From the NCBI RefSeq assembly GCF_009914755.1, contig NC_060932.1: 64,000 nt of DNA; one strand, 5' to 3'. The notes below the pieces were generated by a model. The model was not told the origin of the DNA. It did not search any database and worked only from the letters and a program-made list of their open reading frames with translations. Of the stretch, positions 13,086 through 29,189 are shown piece after piece. Made by a program: the position numbers and the translations under genes. Source of the DNA: the human T2T-CHM13v2.0 reference genome, Homo sapiens. The first letter of the stretch is position 1. Each line of letters starts with the position of its first letter.

Positions 13086-14884
13086 AATGAGTTGTAACTT
13101 ATCACAGCTGTGGAAGCAGAGAATGTCCAGGGCAGCTTGAAAGTTAAGGAAAGATCTCAAGGACCATTGATTTAGGAAAACTAACTCCAGGGGCGTTCAT
13201 TTCACCAGCCACTTTCTCCTTCCCCCCAACAGGTGAGAGAAGAAGTTTAAGTTCTGCTTACAAATGAGGTGAGAGTTCATTTAATCTATTCACCATGACC
13301 AAAGTTACAAAGGGCTCTCTGGTTATTAAGCATTCAGTTATTTTTTCTTGTTTTCAAAAATTGATTTTTTTTTCAGTCTAAGAAAGTAAATAAAGCTTAT
13401 TTCTTTCAATCTTTCAAAATATTACAATGAGATTATTTGAGCCTCTGTTCTGGTAAAATCATCACTTTTTCAAAGATGATTTCTTGCTGTTGTCTCATTA
13501 TTTACATGGTCAGAGAGGTTACTTAAAGAGTACCGCTTTAAAATCTGGAGCATTGAGAGAGAACCACAAACAGCCCTATACCATGAAAAATCCTATTTAT
13601 GTGGGAGGGAAATTTTCTTAAACGTCAGTTTTTAAATCAGTTTGGGACATTAAATCTCTCCACCTCCCACTCTCTCCTCCCTCACTGACTTCTGAGGAAC
13701 AACAACCACCAAGAAAAAAAAAAAAAAAAAAAACACTGTGTTTTGAATTCCATTATGTTTCCAAACTTCCAAGTCAGAGGAAATTATTTAAAATGACTTA
13801 CCCCACACAAATACACATAAGGAGGGAGGGAAAAACAAATTGCCAGCTCACAAGATTGTTTCTCTACTAACCACCCGCTTTTGCTGACCTGACAAATTAA
13901 AAGTATGTAATTTCCTCACGGCATTTCCGACATATTTTAGTGATATTTTGTAAGAGTTAAGAGAGTTCTGTTTGCTCTTTTTACTCAAGCCTCTTGGACT
14001 TTGGTTCTCTGAACAGGATCCTAAGCTTGGAAACTCTCCAAGTGACAGAAAATTGGCAAGTTCTTCATCGTTGATTCCTTACTGGCTCTTTGGAGAGGAA
14101 AGGAGTTCTGCTCAGGATTTGGCTGAGCCCTTTGCTTGGCACCCCAGCCAGTAACTCAAAAGTTCAAGGAACTTGACAGACAGAGGCTGTTTTTCTGGTG
14201 AGAGATTTGAACATGCCCAGTTGAGTCTGTCATCGCACGTCTGCATCTTGTCTCCTTCCAGAGGAGGCTTATTTCTGACCAGGCTTGTGATGGATGTATT
14301 CTATGTGGGAAGACTTTTGCCTGCCCCTGTGGCATTTACCCTGGATCAGGGTGAGCCCTGAATCTCTCTATTGCCTCAATCCATACAGCCTCACTGTGCC
14401 AAGTGGAAGCAGTGGCAGTGTGTGTATGTGTGTGTGTTATTCAAACAGTTAAAAAAAAAAAAAAGACAGAAGGCTTAGGCAGATTTCCAGAAAACAGACT
14501 GTGTCAGTCTAGACTAGTAAAACCCAGCCAGTTTAATTTCTGAATTTGTGGTTATTATTTCTGAATTTATTTTGTATTTAACCTACTTCCCCCTTGCCGC
14601 ATCCCCACAAAAAAAGAGTAAAAAGGTGAGAAAAATGACCAACCAGTTTCAACCACTATCCTGGCATCATGAAAGTTAAAATTCCAAAGATTAGAGATTA
14701 TATATTGCTCCTATGAAAAATAACCTTTGTGTGAATCTTTAAAGATTCCTACTTTTTAAAAAAATAGCAAAAGCAGCATATGTTATTGTTGAAACTTCAG
14801 AAAAAAAATAAGCGAAAACAAGAAAATTGAAACCATGTATAATTTCACCATCTAGACATAAGATTACATGGTTTTGTTAAGTAA

Positions 14885-15055
14885 GAATCGGCCTTGAGTT
14901 AGGTAGAACGGAGTTCAAATTGTGGGCCTACCTGTGTGATTCAGAGCAAGTTAACCTCACTGAGCATTGAACTTCTCTCCATAAAGTGAGACATAGCTAT
15001 AAGGGTGTGGAGGGTTGCAGTAAAATTCTGGACACAAAAGTAATTGCTGATTGAT
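14885..15055 (+). mobile_element. MIR SINE
   Basis: gagttcaaatt...gcaagttaacctcactgagc. Confidence 0.5.
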
Positions 15056-15099
15056 AATATCTGTATTGTATCCCCTAAACTACTGATCATATTTCATTA

Positions 15100-15830
15100 T
15101 TAATTTCATACTACCTGCAGTTTCAGAAAATGAGCTCATTAAATTTTTCTCACATTCCTTTCTTTGTTATATTGCCATGACACAAATTTACAGCTTCAGT
15201 CTTCTGCTTTATTGTTTCTATTGCCTATACTTGTCTGGAGTAAGATGTACACAGAGCCATATTTTTATAGTGAGTAAGCCTGATTTCAGTGCTTTATTAT
15301 TTTTTGGCAGTGAATGATGTTGCAGCAAGTCTGAAACCAACTTGATTTTCTTCCTTCTAGGTAATTTATCTTGCCTGGCAGGTGCCTGAAGATTTTCTTC
15401 AAGTTCAATACTGTACATAGGGTAAACTTTGATATTAACTGAATTGGAATGTTCCTGGAACATGGTTCAATTTTATCTGCAGTTTCAGTGATATCTTAAA
15501 ATTCAGATAATTCTCTTATATCTTTGAATATATCTTCTATTTTGTGGTTTTTCAATTCAGATACATCAATTCTTCTTATATTGGATTATGTTTATCTACC
15601 ACATATATTGTCTCCTATTTAATTTTTTTATTTGCGATATTGTCAGTAATTTAATATTCACCAGTTTTTATTGTTTTAATTTTATATTAGCTCTATAATG
15701 TTGTATTTTATAAGAAATTCTTTTTAAAATCTCATTTTCTTGTTGCCTTACTGATTTGATATTTTTATTCCAATTTACTCTAGCAAGAAATGAGTGTGAT
15801 TAATATGCTTCTATTGGCTTAAGTTAAATT
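15100..15830 (-). mobile_element. Old L1/HAL1 ORF1 remnant
   Basis: ORF 15218-15463 contains EENLQAPARQDKLPRRKKIKLVSDL, resembling L1 ORF1p KEKILQA.RQK..VTYKGKKIRL.SDF. Confidence 0.6.
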
Positions 15831-15834
15831 TTTA

Positions 15835-16133
15835 GGGGCGGGTGTGTTGGCGCACACCTGTAATCCTAGCACCTTGGGAGGCCGAGGTAGGTGGATCACC
15901 TGAGGTCAGGAGTTCAAGACCAACCTGGCCAACATGATGAAACCCCATCTCTATTAAATATACAAAAATTAGCCAGGTGTGGTGGTGCGTGCCTGTAATC
16001 CCACCGACTTGGGAGGCTGAGGAAGGAGAATCGCTTGACCTGGGAGGTAGAGGTTGCAGTGAGCCGAGATCATGCCACTGCACTCCAGCCTGCATGACGG
16101 GAGTAAGACTCCACCTCAAAAAAAAAAAAAAAA
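15835..16133 (+). mobile_element. AluS (Sq/Sx)
   Basis: Full dimeric Alu with poly(A). Confidence 0.92.
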
Positions 16134-16209
16134 GTGTTAGCTAGGTTAGGCTTTGTGTCTTCTGCATACTATAATCCCTTTTTTCTTTTATTTTCTTCTG
16201 CTCAGTGGT

Positions 16210-17762
<1,553 letters not shown>

Positions 17763-18169
17763 TCTCCTGCAGCTCTCATGCTCTGTGGAGTCTACCACTG
17801 CTTTCAGCAGCCTCCAAACTATGTCCAAACTATGCCACTGCCCCCATCAATGCTTGGGTTACTAACAAGCTCTACATTTTCCCCTTCCATCCCGAGGGAG
17901 GCACTGGGAGTTGGCTGGCTTCCTCCTGATTTTGTTGCACTGGGGAGGGGATGGGGCAAGGGCAAGTGAAAACACCACAAAATTTTCTACTGTTTAGAGT
18001 GTGACTTCTTCTTGGTTAGGAATTCTCTTGGTTGCTGCAGATCCTTAACTGGTTTCTATAATTCCCACAAAGCTACTTTGGTTCCTATATCATTGCATGC
18101 ATAATGTTTCCATGGGCAAGAGCCTGTAGCTTCCTTCTTGGCCATCTTGCTAACCTCATGACCCTATTT

Positions 18170-18545
18170 TTGCGATGTTGAGGTCTCTCACAGCTATGTG
18201 TGTTGCTGGCCATTGCACTGGGCCATTCTGCTCCACCCGATGTGGCTGGAAGTGCAGCATCTGGGGAGGGGGGTGCTTGATTAGGCTGCAATAGCTCATT
18301 CCAACCAACAGGCAAGGAATGTGCCATTGTTGGTTAGAAGATCAGCGGGGCTGTTGACCAGAGCGCTTATAGGTGACCTCTCCATGTGGCTTGAGTCTGT
18401 CACAGCATGGTGGCTGGATTCTGGGAGCCAGAATTCCAGGAGCGAGCATTCTAAGAGGAAAAAATGAGGAGCTGTCATACAAAAAAAGGTAAATATAATT
18501 ATTTTTAAGAGACAGAGTTGGGAGGTCCTAGGCCAGCCCTTACAT
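18170..18545 (-). mobile_element. MLT1 (ERVL-MaLR) LTR fragment
   Basis: cctctccatgtggcttgag...cacagcatggtggctggattc. Confidence 0.55.
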
Positions 18546-20004
18546 GTCTGCAACTGGTATGTCTCACTGTGGACCACCCATGAAACCCCAAAGCCTCTCA
18601 GAATGTAGTATGAAAGCCACTGCCTGAGTTAAGACCTCTAGATTTAGATGTCATTCAGATTTCTCACACAAAGGTGGGAATGCAGTAAGGTCACACTAAA
18701 GCCACCTGTAGTTTAGTCCCTCTGTGCAGCACTTCTGAAACCATGGCTTCACTTCCTGTGGCCATGATAGCTGAGGATGACTTGGTATTTGTGAACACCC
18801 TCTTCTTCCACTCGCTCTGTGCCCCAGCCTTTCCCAGGAGTTCCCACGGGGCTCCCCGCTGCCCTGGGTCCTCTCCCACTTGTGAGTGGGCCCCACTGAG
18901 CCAGTGGAGTCACCTCTGCTGTTGTATCCTTTTCCTCTCATACTTTGTACCTCAGACCTTGTAGGAAGTGGGAACAAACATTTTCCATGTCCATTTTTCT
19001 CTATTGTGAAGGCCACAGGGTCGGGCTGGTTTGCACTCTTTTCTCTTTAAAAGCAGAGCTTTTGCTTGTTCATTGGTTTTTAAGGGCCTTGCTTTTCATC
19101 ATGGCTCTGCTTCCTTAGACTTTGGCACAAAACCCGAAGGGGCTGAGCAGGAAACATACCTGACTCCTCCTTCCCCGGTATACCCTTGAGAGCCTTTTCC
19201 TTCCGCTCTCAACTGTTGACCTCACACCAAGCTTGTACTTCTTGTACCTCTATCCCTCCACCCTTTCCCTTCATAATTTCCTTCCCAATCTTCCTTCCCT
19301 ATGAACAATGGCCTTTATTTGACCAGCAGCTCAAGGGGCTTAGTCTTTCCAAATAGATCTCCGCACCAGCTGACCCTATGAGATGCTCCCGTGAAACCCC
19401 CTGGGCTTTAATGAGCAATGATCAGGGCAGCAGGTCCCTGCTGGTCCCTTGACCATGCTCAGGCAGATCTGAACTTCCTGGGCCTGAGCAGTGAGGCCCA
19501 GCTCTGGAACCCTGTTACACTGTGATGAGTGAAAGGAAGCTAGAGAGAGTCGTTGGCACTCCTGAGAACAGAAGCTAGGCAGCCAGATACCCATCTGATA
19601 ATGGGTTGTATCCTGGCTTACTGGGAAGAGAAGTTTATTGTAGACTCTACTTGCTAGGTGTCCACTCAAATAAAGGCAAAAGAGATGTTTACAGCCCTTG
19701 CCTCTTGAAATGGAAGAGTCACCTAGTTATTCTGTCTCTAAAACCCTATTATCTCTTGTGTTCTTGAAAACCTTGGCTTCATTTCCTAATTCCAAATTCC
19801 TCACATTCATCTCAGATCCTCCTTACCTATACATGCCCCTTGGACCTCATTTTCTGGCAAACTACCCTGGGCTCACCAGCTTCGGCTCCAGTTTTCATAG
19901 CCATCTCTCCTTCATCACTGACTGTTTGGCACCTATCCCAGCCAGGGTGAGCTTCTACTGCTGCAGAATCAGAAAGGAAAGGGGACATTTTACAGCATGG
20001 AGAC

Positions 20005-20553
20005 TATGATGATTAATATTGACTATCAACTTGATTGGATTGAAGGATGCAAATTATTGTTCCTGGGTGTGTCGGTGGAGGTGTTAGCAAAGGAGATTAA
20101 CCTTTGAGTCAGTGGACTGGGAGAGGCAGACCCACCTGCAATCTGGGTAGGCACCATCTAGTCAGCTGCCAGTGTAGCTAGAATAAAACAGGCAGAAGAA
20201 CATGGAAGGACTAGACTGGGTGAGTCTTCTGACCTTCATCTTTCTCCCGTGCTGGATGCTTCCTGCCCTCGAACATCGGACTTCAAGTTCTTTAGCCTTT
20301 GGGCTCTTGGGCTTACACCAGTGGTTTGCCAGGGCCTCTTGGGCCTTCAGCCATAGACTAAAGGCTGCACTGTAGGCTTCCTTACTTTTGAGGTTTTGGG
20401 ACTCAGATTGGCTTCCTTGCACCTCACCTTGCCTATGGTCTATTGTGGGACTTCATTTTGTGATCACGTAAGTCAATACTGCTTAATAAACTCCCCTTCA
20501 TATATACATCTATCCTATTAGTTCTGTCCCTTTAGAGAACCCTGACTAATACA
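20005..20553 (+). mobile_element. MLT2A2-like (HERV-L) solo LTR
   Basis: tatgatgattaatattg...gagaaccctgactaataca, 549 bp, perfect 5-bp TSD GAGAC. Confidence 0.9.
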
Positions 20554-20789
20554 GAGACCCTCATTGTGTACCACAGGCATAAATTCCATTCTGTTGTTAA
20601 TATTCCCTTTCTGGAAACAGTTTATTTACCACATACTGCTCATGGTAACTAACACAAGCACACCTATTCCAGATAAGCTTTTGTAGATTTAGGGGCGATC
20701 CCAGCCTAGAATGGGGCAGGGCAAGACAAAGTAGTCCTGTAATACCTGTCCAAAGTGTCTGGCCCTAAGATGGTGGGAAAATCATGCCA

Positions 20790-20970
20790 CTATTGAATAC
20801 ATATGCTGTCACCTACCCATCTCCACCTGTAGCAGACATCACTCATCTGTCATAATATTTTTTCTGGTCGAGCACAAATTTAGCCTCAGCATCTTTCTCA
20901 TCTTAGGACCACAGCAACAGCATGCAATGAAATTTGACATGTAAAAGAAATCTTATTTTCCATTTCTGAA
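20790..20970. mobile_element. hAT-Charlie fragment (MER102-like)
   Basis: agcagacatcact...gaaatcttattttccatttctg resembles the MER102 end. Confidence 0.35.
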
Positions 20971-20999
20971 ATATAATGAAGATGAGTTTAATTAATCAG

Positions 21000-21490
21000 A
21001 GTGAAGAGGGTAAGGGAATGGCTGATTAGAACAGCCTGTGAAAGAGGAGGAAGGAGAGGAGGTAAAAAGAAAATGGGAAAGCCAAGCTGGGCTGAAAGGG
21101 GCGAAAGGTCCCCAGGAGATAATGATGGAAATGTCCCTGCTGGGGAAACAAGTATGGATTAAGAACCTCTACCTGGAATAATTGATATTTGGGAATATCA
21201 GTTTTTTGTGGATAGAGATGCTAGGATAGCAACCATAACCAGAAGTCAAAGCAATTTTGCCTGGGTTCCTAGCCAAGAAAAGATTCTATTTCTCTAGGGG
21301 TGAAGGGGGTTAGCAGAGAAGTTAAGTCTGACTCAAGAAGTGGGAGCAATGGAGGGTGAGGAGGGACCACTGTCCAACTGGAGGTCAGAGCTTAGATAGA
21401 TGTGCACAGGTACCTTAAAGGAGGGATGCCTGTAGGAGTGCAGAACAGATTTTAGGTGCTTACTGAAAAATGTGTCACTTTACTTGTGAT
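21000..21490 (-). mobile_element. L2 fragment
   Basis: GA-rich, ggagggtgaggagggacc resembles antisense L2. Confidence 0.35.
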
Positions 21491-22354
21491 TTCACTAGTT
21501 ATTCATAAATTGGACTACAGAATTTCTTCACACATTTTCAACAGTGTGCTCATGTACATCAATTGGATTGTAGGGGACAGAGTAAGGGTGGGTCTATGAA
21601 TCTAGAGGTGCAGTTTTCAGAGTGAAGAAACCAGTCCTGTAAGTCCTTAGCTGATGGTCACACATTTCTCATAATGGAAAGTGAGGAGAAATCACATGGG
21701 AATGTAGCTGGAGGACTTGCCGTCTGGGGGCTCCCCCAGGAATGTTGAGTTTTGTCATGACAGAGTGTGAGATTTTGGCTCTTCCCACCAAAGGGGCCCC
21801 CTCCTATCACCTTCTCCTGTGACTGTTCTGAAACATAATGAAGCTGCTGGTGACTTGTGCTATTCCCACCCTATTCCAGTTTAAGCTCTGGTTTTGCAAT
21901 ATTTTGGCACACATGATACCGTGACTTAGGCTAAGAATAGTGTCTGTCTAACTGGGCTAAGCAGATTCCAGGGAGCTTTACAACTAGTTACTGCTGATAT
22001 GTTAATAATGCTTTGAAAAGGAAGGTTGTGGCATGAAGGTTTATGTTAATTCCAGTTAATTAACCGAGTGATCTGGGAGGACTTCCTCCTTTTTTCTTTC
22101 ACTGTTTCTTACATGAAAGAGGCATGGATCTGCCTTTGCCAGTCAAACGTATGACTGATTTGCTGAGTGTCATTGATTCAACCCCCATAACCTCTCGCTT
22201 CACTTCCTTCCTCTCTATTCTCTCTGCTGGACCCACATCAGGTTTTCATGACCTCTTACTTGGTTCCTTATAAATCCTCCAGGGGATCTCCACCTCTCTT
22301 CTCCTTTTAGGCTATTTTATAAACTTCCCTCAGGCCATTATTCTTAAACCATCA

Positions 22355-23000
22355 TTTTTAAAAAGCTTTAGTTTATTTTTAATTGACACATAATAATTGT
22401 ACATATTTATGGAGTATGGTGTGGTGTTGTAATACATGTATACATGTGTAATGACCAAATCAGGGTAATTGGCATATCTATCATCTCAAACACTCATCAT
22501 TTCTTTGTGGTGAGAGCATTCAAAATTCGCTCTTCTAGATATTTTGAAATGTACATTATTGTTAACTATATCACCCTATTATGTAATAGCATACCTTAAC
22601 GTATTCCTCCTAACTGTAACATGTACCCATTGACCAGCTTCTCCCCATCCTTCCCTCCCTACTTTCCCCAGCCTCTGGTAGCCACGATTCTACTATGTAC
22701 TTTTATGAAAGCAACTTTTTTAGATTTCACATGTGAGTGAAATTAGGCAGTGTATGTCCTTCTGTGCCTGGTTTCTTTGACTTAATGTCCTCTAGTTTCA
22801 TCCATATTGTCGCAAATGATAGGATTTCATTCCTTTGAATCACTGAAGAACATTCCATTATGTATCTGTACCACATTTTCTTTCTGCATTCATCCACTGG
22901 TGGACATTTAGGTTGATTCCATATCTTGGCTATTGTGAATCATGCTGCAATAAACATGGGAGTGCAGATGCCTCTTTGATATACTAATTTCATTTCTGTT
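22355..23000 (-). mobile_element. L1MA 3' fragment inserted in an L2
   Basis: aattgacacataataattgtacatatttatgg...ggagtgcagatg; L2-like flanks at 22160-22350 and 23010-23230. Confidence 0.85.
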
Positions 23001-23282
23001 GTAAACTATAATTTTGATTATTTTATTCCCTCTCTCAAAAGCCTTCACTGGCTCCTTGGGGAGTGTAGAATCAAGAGTTCAGACATCTTTGCCCAGAATT
23101 CTAAACTCTTCAGAGCTGGAACCGAATTCTCCTTCACAGACTCTTTTTAAGTGAAACTGAGCTATTTACTCTTCCTCATAAATAATACATATGTTCTTGT
23201 CTCCTCACCTTATGTTATTCCCTTCCTTGAACGAGGCTACCACCTTTAAGTGTTTAACTTACAAATTTTTTTTTCACTAAAC

Positions 23283-24075
23283 CAGTGTTTCTCACCCTTG
23301 GTTACACAATAAATCACCTGAGCAATTAAAAAAAAATCCCAATGTCCAAGCGTTACACCAGCGCAATTCAATCAGAACCTTCAATCAGAGGTTGGACCTG
23401 GGCATTAGGATCTTTTAAATGACGTTAAATTATATAGATAACATAAAGTTTGCCAATTTAACCATTTTTAGAGTACAGTGGCATGAAATACATTCACATG
23501 TTGTGCAAACATTGTTACCATCTATATCTAGAACTTTTAATCATCCCAAACATAAACTTTCTACCCATTAAACAACACCTCCCCAACTCCCCCTCTTCGC
23601 CCCAACCCCTGGTAACCACTGTTTTACATTCTGTCTCTATTTGAGAATTCGACTATCCTAGGTACCTCATAACAGTGGAATTCTATCATATTTGTCCTTT
23701 CGTGACTTATTTCTCTTACTGCGATGTTTTCAAGGTTCACCCATGTTACAACATGTATCAGAATTCCCTTCCTTCTTGAGGCTCAATATTATCCCATTGT
23801 ATGTTTAGACCACATTTGCTTATCTATTAATTTGTTCATGAACACTTGCTTTTTCCCCCACCCGTTAGCTATTGTGAATAACGTTGCTATAAAGATGGGT
23901 TTACAAATAACTGTTTGAGTCCCTGTTTTCAATTCTTTTGTGTATATACGCCAAAAGTGGAATTGGCAGATCATATGGTAATTCTATGTTTAATTTTCTA
24001 AGGAACCTGCGTCAGTATCTTCTGAGGTTCCCAGGTGGCTCCAAGATGCAGCCAGGTTGACTTCCACTGCTTTAG
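23283..24075. mobile_element. MER5A (hAT-Charlie) split by an L1MB
   Basis: cagtgtttctc...aatcagaa...ctgggcat (23283-23418) and cccaggtg...tgcagccaggttga...ccactgct (24013-24075). Confidence 0.6.
23420..24010 (-). mobile_element. L1MB 3' fragment
   Basis: Antisense L1MB 3' UTR; ORF 23789-23974 resembles the ORF2 C-terminus (IYTKELKTGTQT..FIATLFTIA). Confidence 0.85.
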
Positions 24076-24158
24076 AGCCTCTCCCAGTTTCTCTAGCTAA
24101 ATGTAACCTCTCCCTCTTACAATCTCAGCTAACAGTTTAATGAGCTTTTCTATGGAAC

Positions 24159-24422
<264 letters not shown>

Positions 24423-24499
24423 CACCTATTTATTTCTGTTATATTATTTATATTGTTATACATATTATTTGTGTTAGATGTTAAGTGTAGGATGACAAG

Positions 24500-25235
24500 C
24501 ACAACAAAAAAAAGCTGTGCTCTTATGAAACTTGCAATTTAGTGGAGGAGACAGATATTAATTATGTAATATAAGTGTATAATTACAAATTGAATTATCT
24601 GCTATGAAAGAAACATGTTTCTTTTGAAGGCAAATTCACAAAAAACCCTGACCTAGACTGGAGGTGGGGGGTCAGGGGGTTCTTTCTTAAAAAAGTAGTG
24701 CTTGAGTTTTTTTCTAAAGTTTAAAAAGGAGTTACCTAAGCATGAAGTGAGAAGGAAGATCATTCCAGGGAGAATAAACACAGATTCAAAGGATGGAAAA
24801 AAAAAAAAAGAAAGGTCAGTTTTGCTGGGATATGGCAAATGCTGCAAGATGAAATTGGCCATTTTTAGGGGACAGATCATGTAAGATCTTGCAGCTATTT
24901 TAAGGATTTTGGTCTTTATGCTAAAAGCAATGGGGGAACCATTGAAGGGATTTAAACAGTGACATGACAAACTCAGATTGGCATTTGGAAAAGATCACTC
25001 TGCTGCTGTGTGGGGTAGGGATTGGATGGGTGTGGAATGGTTGTGGGGAAACCAGGCTTTTGCAGTGGTCAGGTTGATAGAGGCTGGTTCCTCAGAGTAG
25101 GAAGGTTGCAGTGGTGATGGACAAGGGTCAGAGTTGAGAAATACTTAAGGTGGGTGATCCTTGTTGATAGTTTGAATATGAGCAACTAGGTAAGGTCACT
25201 GTCAAGGATGATGTCACCTTTTCTGACTTGCCCAA
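24500..25235 (-). mobile_element. L2 fragment
   Basis: ggaaccattgaagggatttaaacag...ggaaaagatcactctgctgctgtg. Confidence 0.7.
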
Positions 25236-25914
25236 AGCTTTCAGATTGTAACTATGTTTGAGTAAACTTTGCATGCTTCCAGAATATCTTGCACAAAGCT
25301 TATGTTCACCGAATAATAATTTTTGAAGGAATGAATGAGTCAATAAACCAAATATTACGTTATACTGAACACACCCATATGAAGCATGCTGAATATTAAT
25401 GCAATGCTGTAGATTATTATTTTTTGCAGATGGACATTTGCACAGTTGGCTCAACTGAATTAAATTCAATAGGTTTTCTGCTTCTGTTATAGCCAGACCT
25501 ATGCTAGACACTGAGAATACAGACATAAATAATTTATTTTCTGCCTATGACTAGCTACAAAAACAGTAGAGAAAAAGACTTGCGAATAAAAATTATAACA
25601 AAATGTAATTGTAAAAATAAGTGCACACTTTAATTGCAGAGGAAGTACAGAGGAGGGAGTGATTAATTTTTTTTTCCAGGGGAGCTAGGAAAGTTCCCAA
25701 GGCAGAAATATAAGTGCAACATATTTCAAGCTGAGTTTTAAAAAACGTACTTGGATGATTTAGGGAATGGTGAGCTTATTGTGGTTACGGTATGGGATGC
25801 AGGCAGGCAGTATCACTAAGGTGGGGAAACAGACGGGGAAGAGGAAGGAAGAGAGAGATTTGGCTGGAGGACCGAGCATCACGGCAGCATAGGAATTGGG
25901 AAGAGTGAGGAGGC

Positions 25915-26190
25915 CAAAGTATATTTCATGGTACATTGGTCCTAAAATATTTTTGTAAGTCAAAGGATTTCATGGTCAAATAACTTTGGTAAACACTGAT
26001 AATTATATCTCCCTCTTGGAGATGTGTATGCACATTGGCATATTAGAGGCTTACAGAATAGAAATTAGTTTAACTTTGTCCAACACAGTATTTCTCAAAC
26101 ACATTGGACTGATAATAACCCCCTTTCTCTCATATAACATAGCACACATATTGACATCCTGCAGGAGAGAACGGTTTGGAAAATGTTACA
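25915..26190. mobile_element. hAT-Charlie-like fragment
   Basis: catggtcaaataactttggtaaacactg...cagtatttctcaaac. Confidence 0.4.
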
Positions 26191-27544
26191 TTGGGCTTTG
26201 GATCAGAGATGGTTTACGTGGTTTTGCTGTCAACTATGGTCAAGGTGTAGTGTGGGCTTCTGCTAGTACTAATTTTTCACTACTAATTTGCTATGAATTT
26301 TGCTACTAATGGGCATATATGGTGTGACAATAAATTTTCACAGCATAAATGCTCATTGAGCAAGAAACAATATACAAAAGGATTTAGTTATCTGCAAGCA
26401 GGAGGCAGAAGAAGAGAGCCACAGATCAAATGTTTCCTTAAACACACAAACATGTCCCTCAGGAATAGAAAAGGTGGTGTGGTTAGGCTTCTAAACACTT
26501 CTGACCCTGTAAATAGAGGATTGCTTTATAACACTGTGAGAGATGACTAAACTTTAATAATGACTATGTTGTCATTATTGCTAACTCATTGAATGTTATT
26601 TTGAATTTTTCATCCTTTTGAGAATACTGCCATAAATCCTAATATTATAGAGGGCGTCATAGATAGAAAGAGTTGAGACCCATTGTTGCTTTGCCTGAGA
26701 GGCACCGAAATATCAATGTCAATTCTCAGAGTGGGCAGCCATTGGATGGAAGTGAGGTTCCAGTAAGATGAGCACAGCTCAGTGGCTGGGGAGGTGGCTT
26801 GTGACTCTAGTGAAAACCATTAGTTTTGTATGTCCAGCATCCATTTATCCTTCCGGTAAAACACCATAATTTTCCTTTTAGGAATAATTTCCTGAAAATT
26901 CTGATGGTTACTTGAGTGTGTAAGAGTCATTTTATTCCCATGTGATGAAATAGGGCATCCCTTTCTTCCTCTAGCTTCTGTATTGCTCATGTGTTTATAA
27001 ATTCTGCTACTACCCAGTGATTCATGGGTTTCGCCTCTGAAGATTTTTTCCTAGAGAGCAAAGTCTTTTTACTTGTTATTTTCTGCAGATCCTAGACAGT
27101 ATACAGTCTAGTATACATCACGTTGTGGGACCAAAAAATGAATGAAAGATGACTAGGTCTAGCATAAAACATCTCTTCAATCAGAATTATGAAATGACTT
27201 CACTCCAGTGGAAGCAATTATAAATGCGTACACCAGAATCCACCCCTCTCTTATTTTATTTGAATATTGACTACCTAAGTTTTTTCTTTCTGGCTTCTTC
27301 AGACAATTCAGAACTCACCTGTAAGTTCAGATCAGAAGACACCTTGACAGCCTCACTATTCTTCCTAGAAAAAATAATATTACCTTTATATTTCACTCAG
27401 AAAAAAACTTGTTTTTGCTTTTTCTGGGGTTAAAGTTCTCAGTTGGCAACCCTTAGCGTGCTTTCAAATATTTTAAAATTTGACCTGCCTTTTGATGCTC
27501 CTGCAGCTTTTCCAGGATTTCTTTCTGTCACTGGATTTCTTTAA

Positions 27545-27895
<351 letters not shown>

Positions 27896-28689
27896 TTACC
27901 AGCTTGGAATATGGCTTAGAGCTCATATAAGATGATAAGTTCTACCTAAGGAAGTTTGGTCCCAAAATATTCGTCTTTCTCTTACAATTGCAGCATGATC
28001 CAAACTCACTTTATATTTAAGTTTTCTCTCCTGGTGAAACAAGTTTATTCAAAATCATATGTACTTTGAGACAAATTTCATATTGTTTTGCATAACTTCA
28101 GATACTACTGGGATTAATACAGCGGTAGGACTAGAACTCTACTATTCCATTAGGAATGGCCTCCTTCTCCCAAAAGGAAATGCAAAGGAAATGTAAATAA
28201 ATCTCAATCCAATAGAACAGTTTGATTTTCACCTTCAGGAGTGGTAGAAATTGTAGTGGGGGGACGTTAGAGAAGCACAACTAGAGTCAAGAACACTCTG
28301 GGTTTTGGGAAAGGAAGGCTGACCCTGTTTACAGATGCTTGGAAATCTTGGAAGGTTTTAATGCCAGAGTAAACAGAAACTAGACACAGTTGTCATCTTG
28401 AATTTTTTAAAGGTCTCAGAGAATTCTCCCCTTCATGCATTTGTATTAGGGCACAAAGAATAATTTGATTCCAACTTGGCTATTTATGCAGGGAAATAAG
28501 GATGTCTAATACTTACATAGAAGCTTCCCAAACTAAGATTAAAATGATGTACTTTGTATGAGAAAGCAAGTCACTGGTGACCCAAAGGAAATCTATAAAT
28601 ATGAATAGCAGGTACAGTAACAATCTCATTGATTGGAAATTAATAAGGAACAAGGAAAACTTAATACTGGTAAAATGTGTGGATAATAT

Positions 28690-29150
28690 CCATTTATTCA
28701 TTTATCTTAAAAAAATTATAAATTCCTATTCTGTGCCAAGCATTGTTCTAAGTGCTAGAGATTGAGTGGTGAAGAGACAGTTCCTGCCCTTGCATAGTTC
28801 ACATTCCAGTGGTGGATATATAAACTCAATAAACCAATGTACTCTTATTGTCAACAATTCTTATTTTATTAATAAAACAAACAGAGAAACAGGATAGAGC
28901 TTGACTGGTGGAGGCAGGAGACAGATGTGAACATGGCATGGACTATCTAAGACAGCAGGAAAGTCCTCTCTGTGGAGATCCCATCTGAACCAAAGCCTGA
29001 ATGATGAGAAGTAACCAGGCCTGTGGTGGGTGTCAGTAGAACATTCCAGGCACAGGAACAGCAAGACCAAAGGCTTTGAGGTGGAGACTAGAATGAAGGC
29101 AAATGTGGCTAAAGCAGAAGGAAAGAGCAAAAAAGATAATGGAAAATTAT
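28690..29150 (-). mobile_element. L2 3' fragment
   Basis: tgtgccaagcattgttctaagtgctag; acattccaggcacaggaacagc. Confidence 0.65.
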
Positions 29151-29189
29151 TCATTTAAATAATTCATTTAAGCACCAAATGCATATTTT

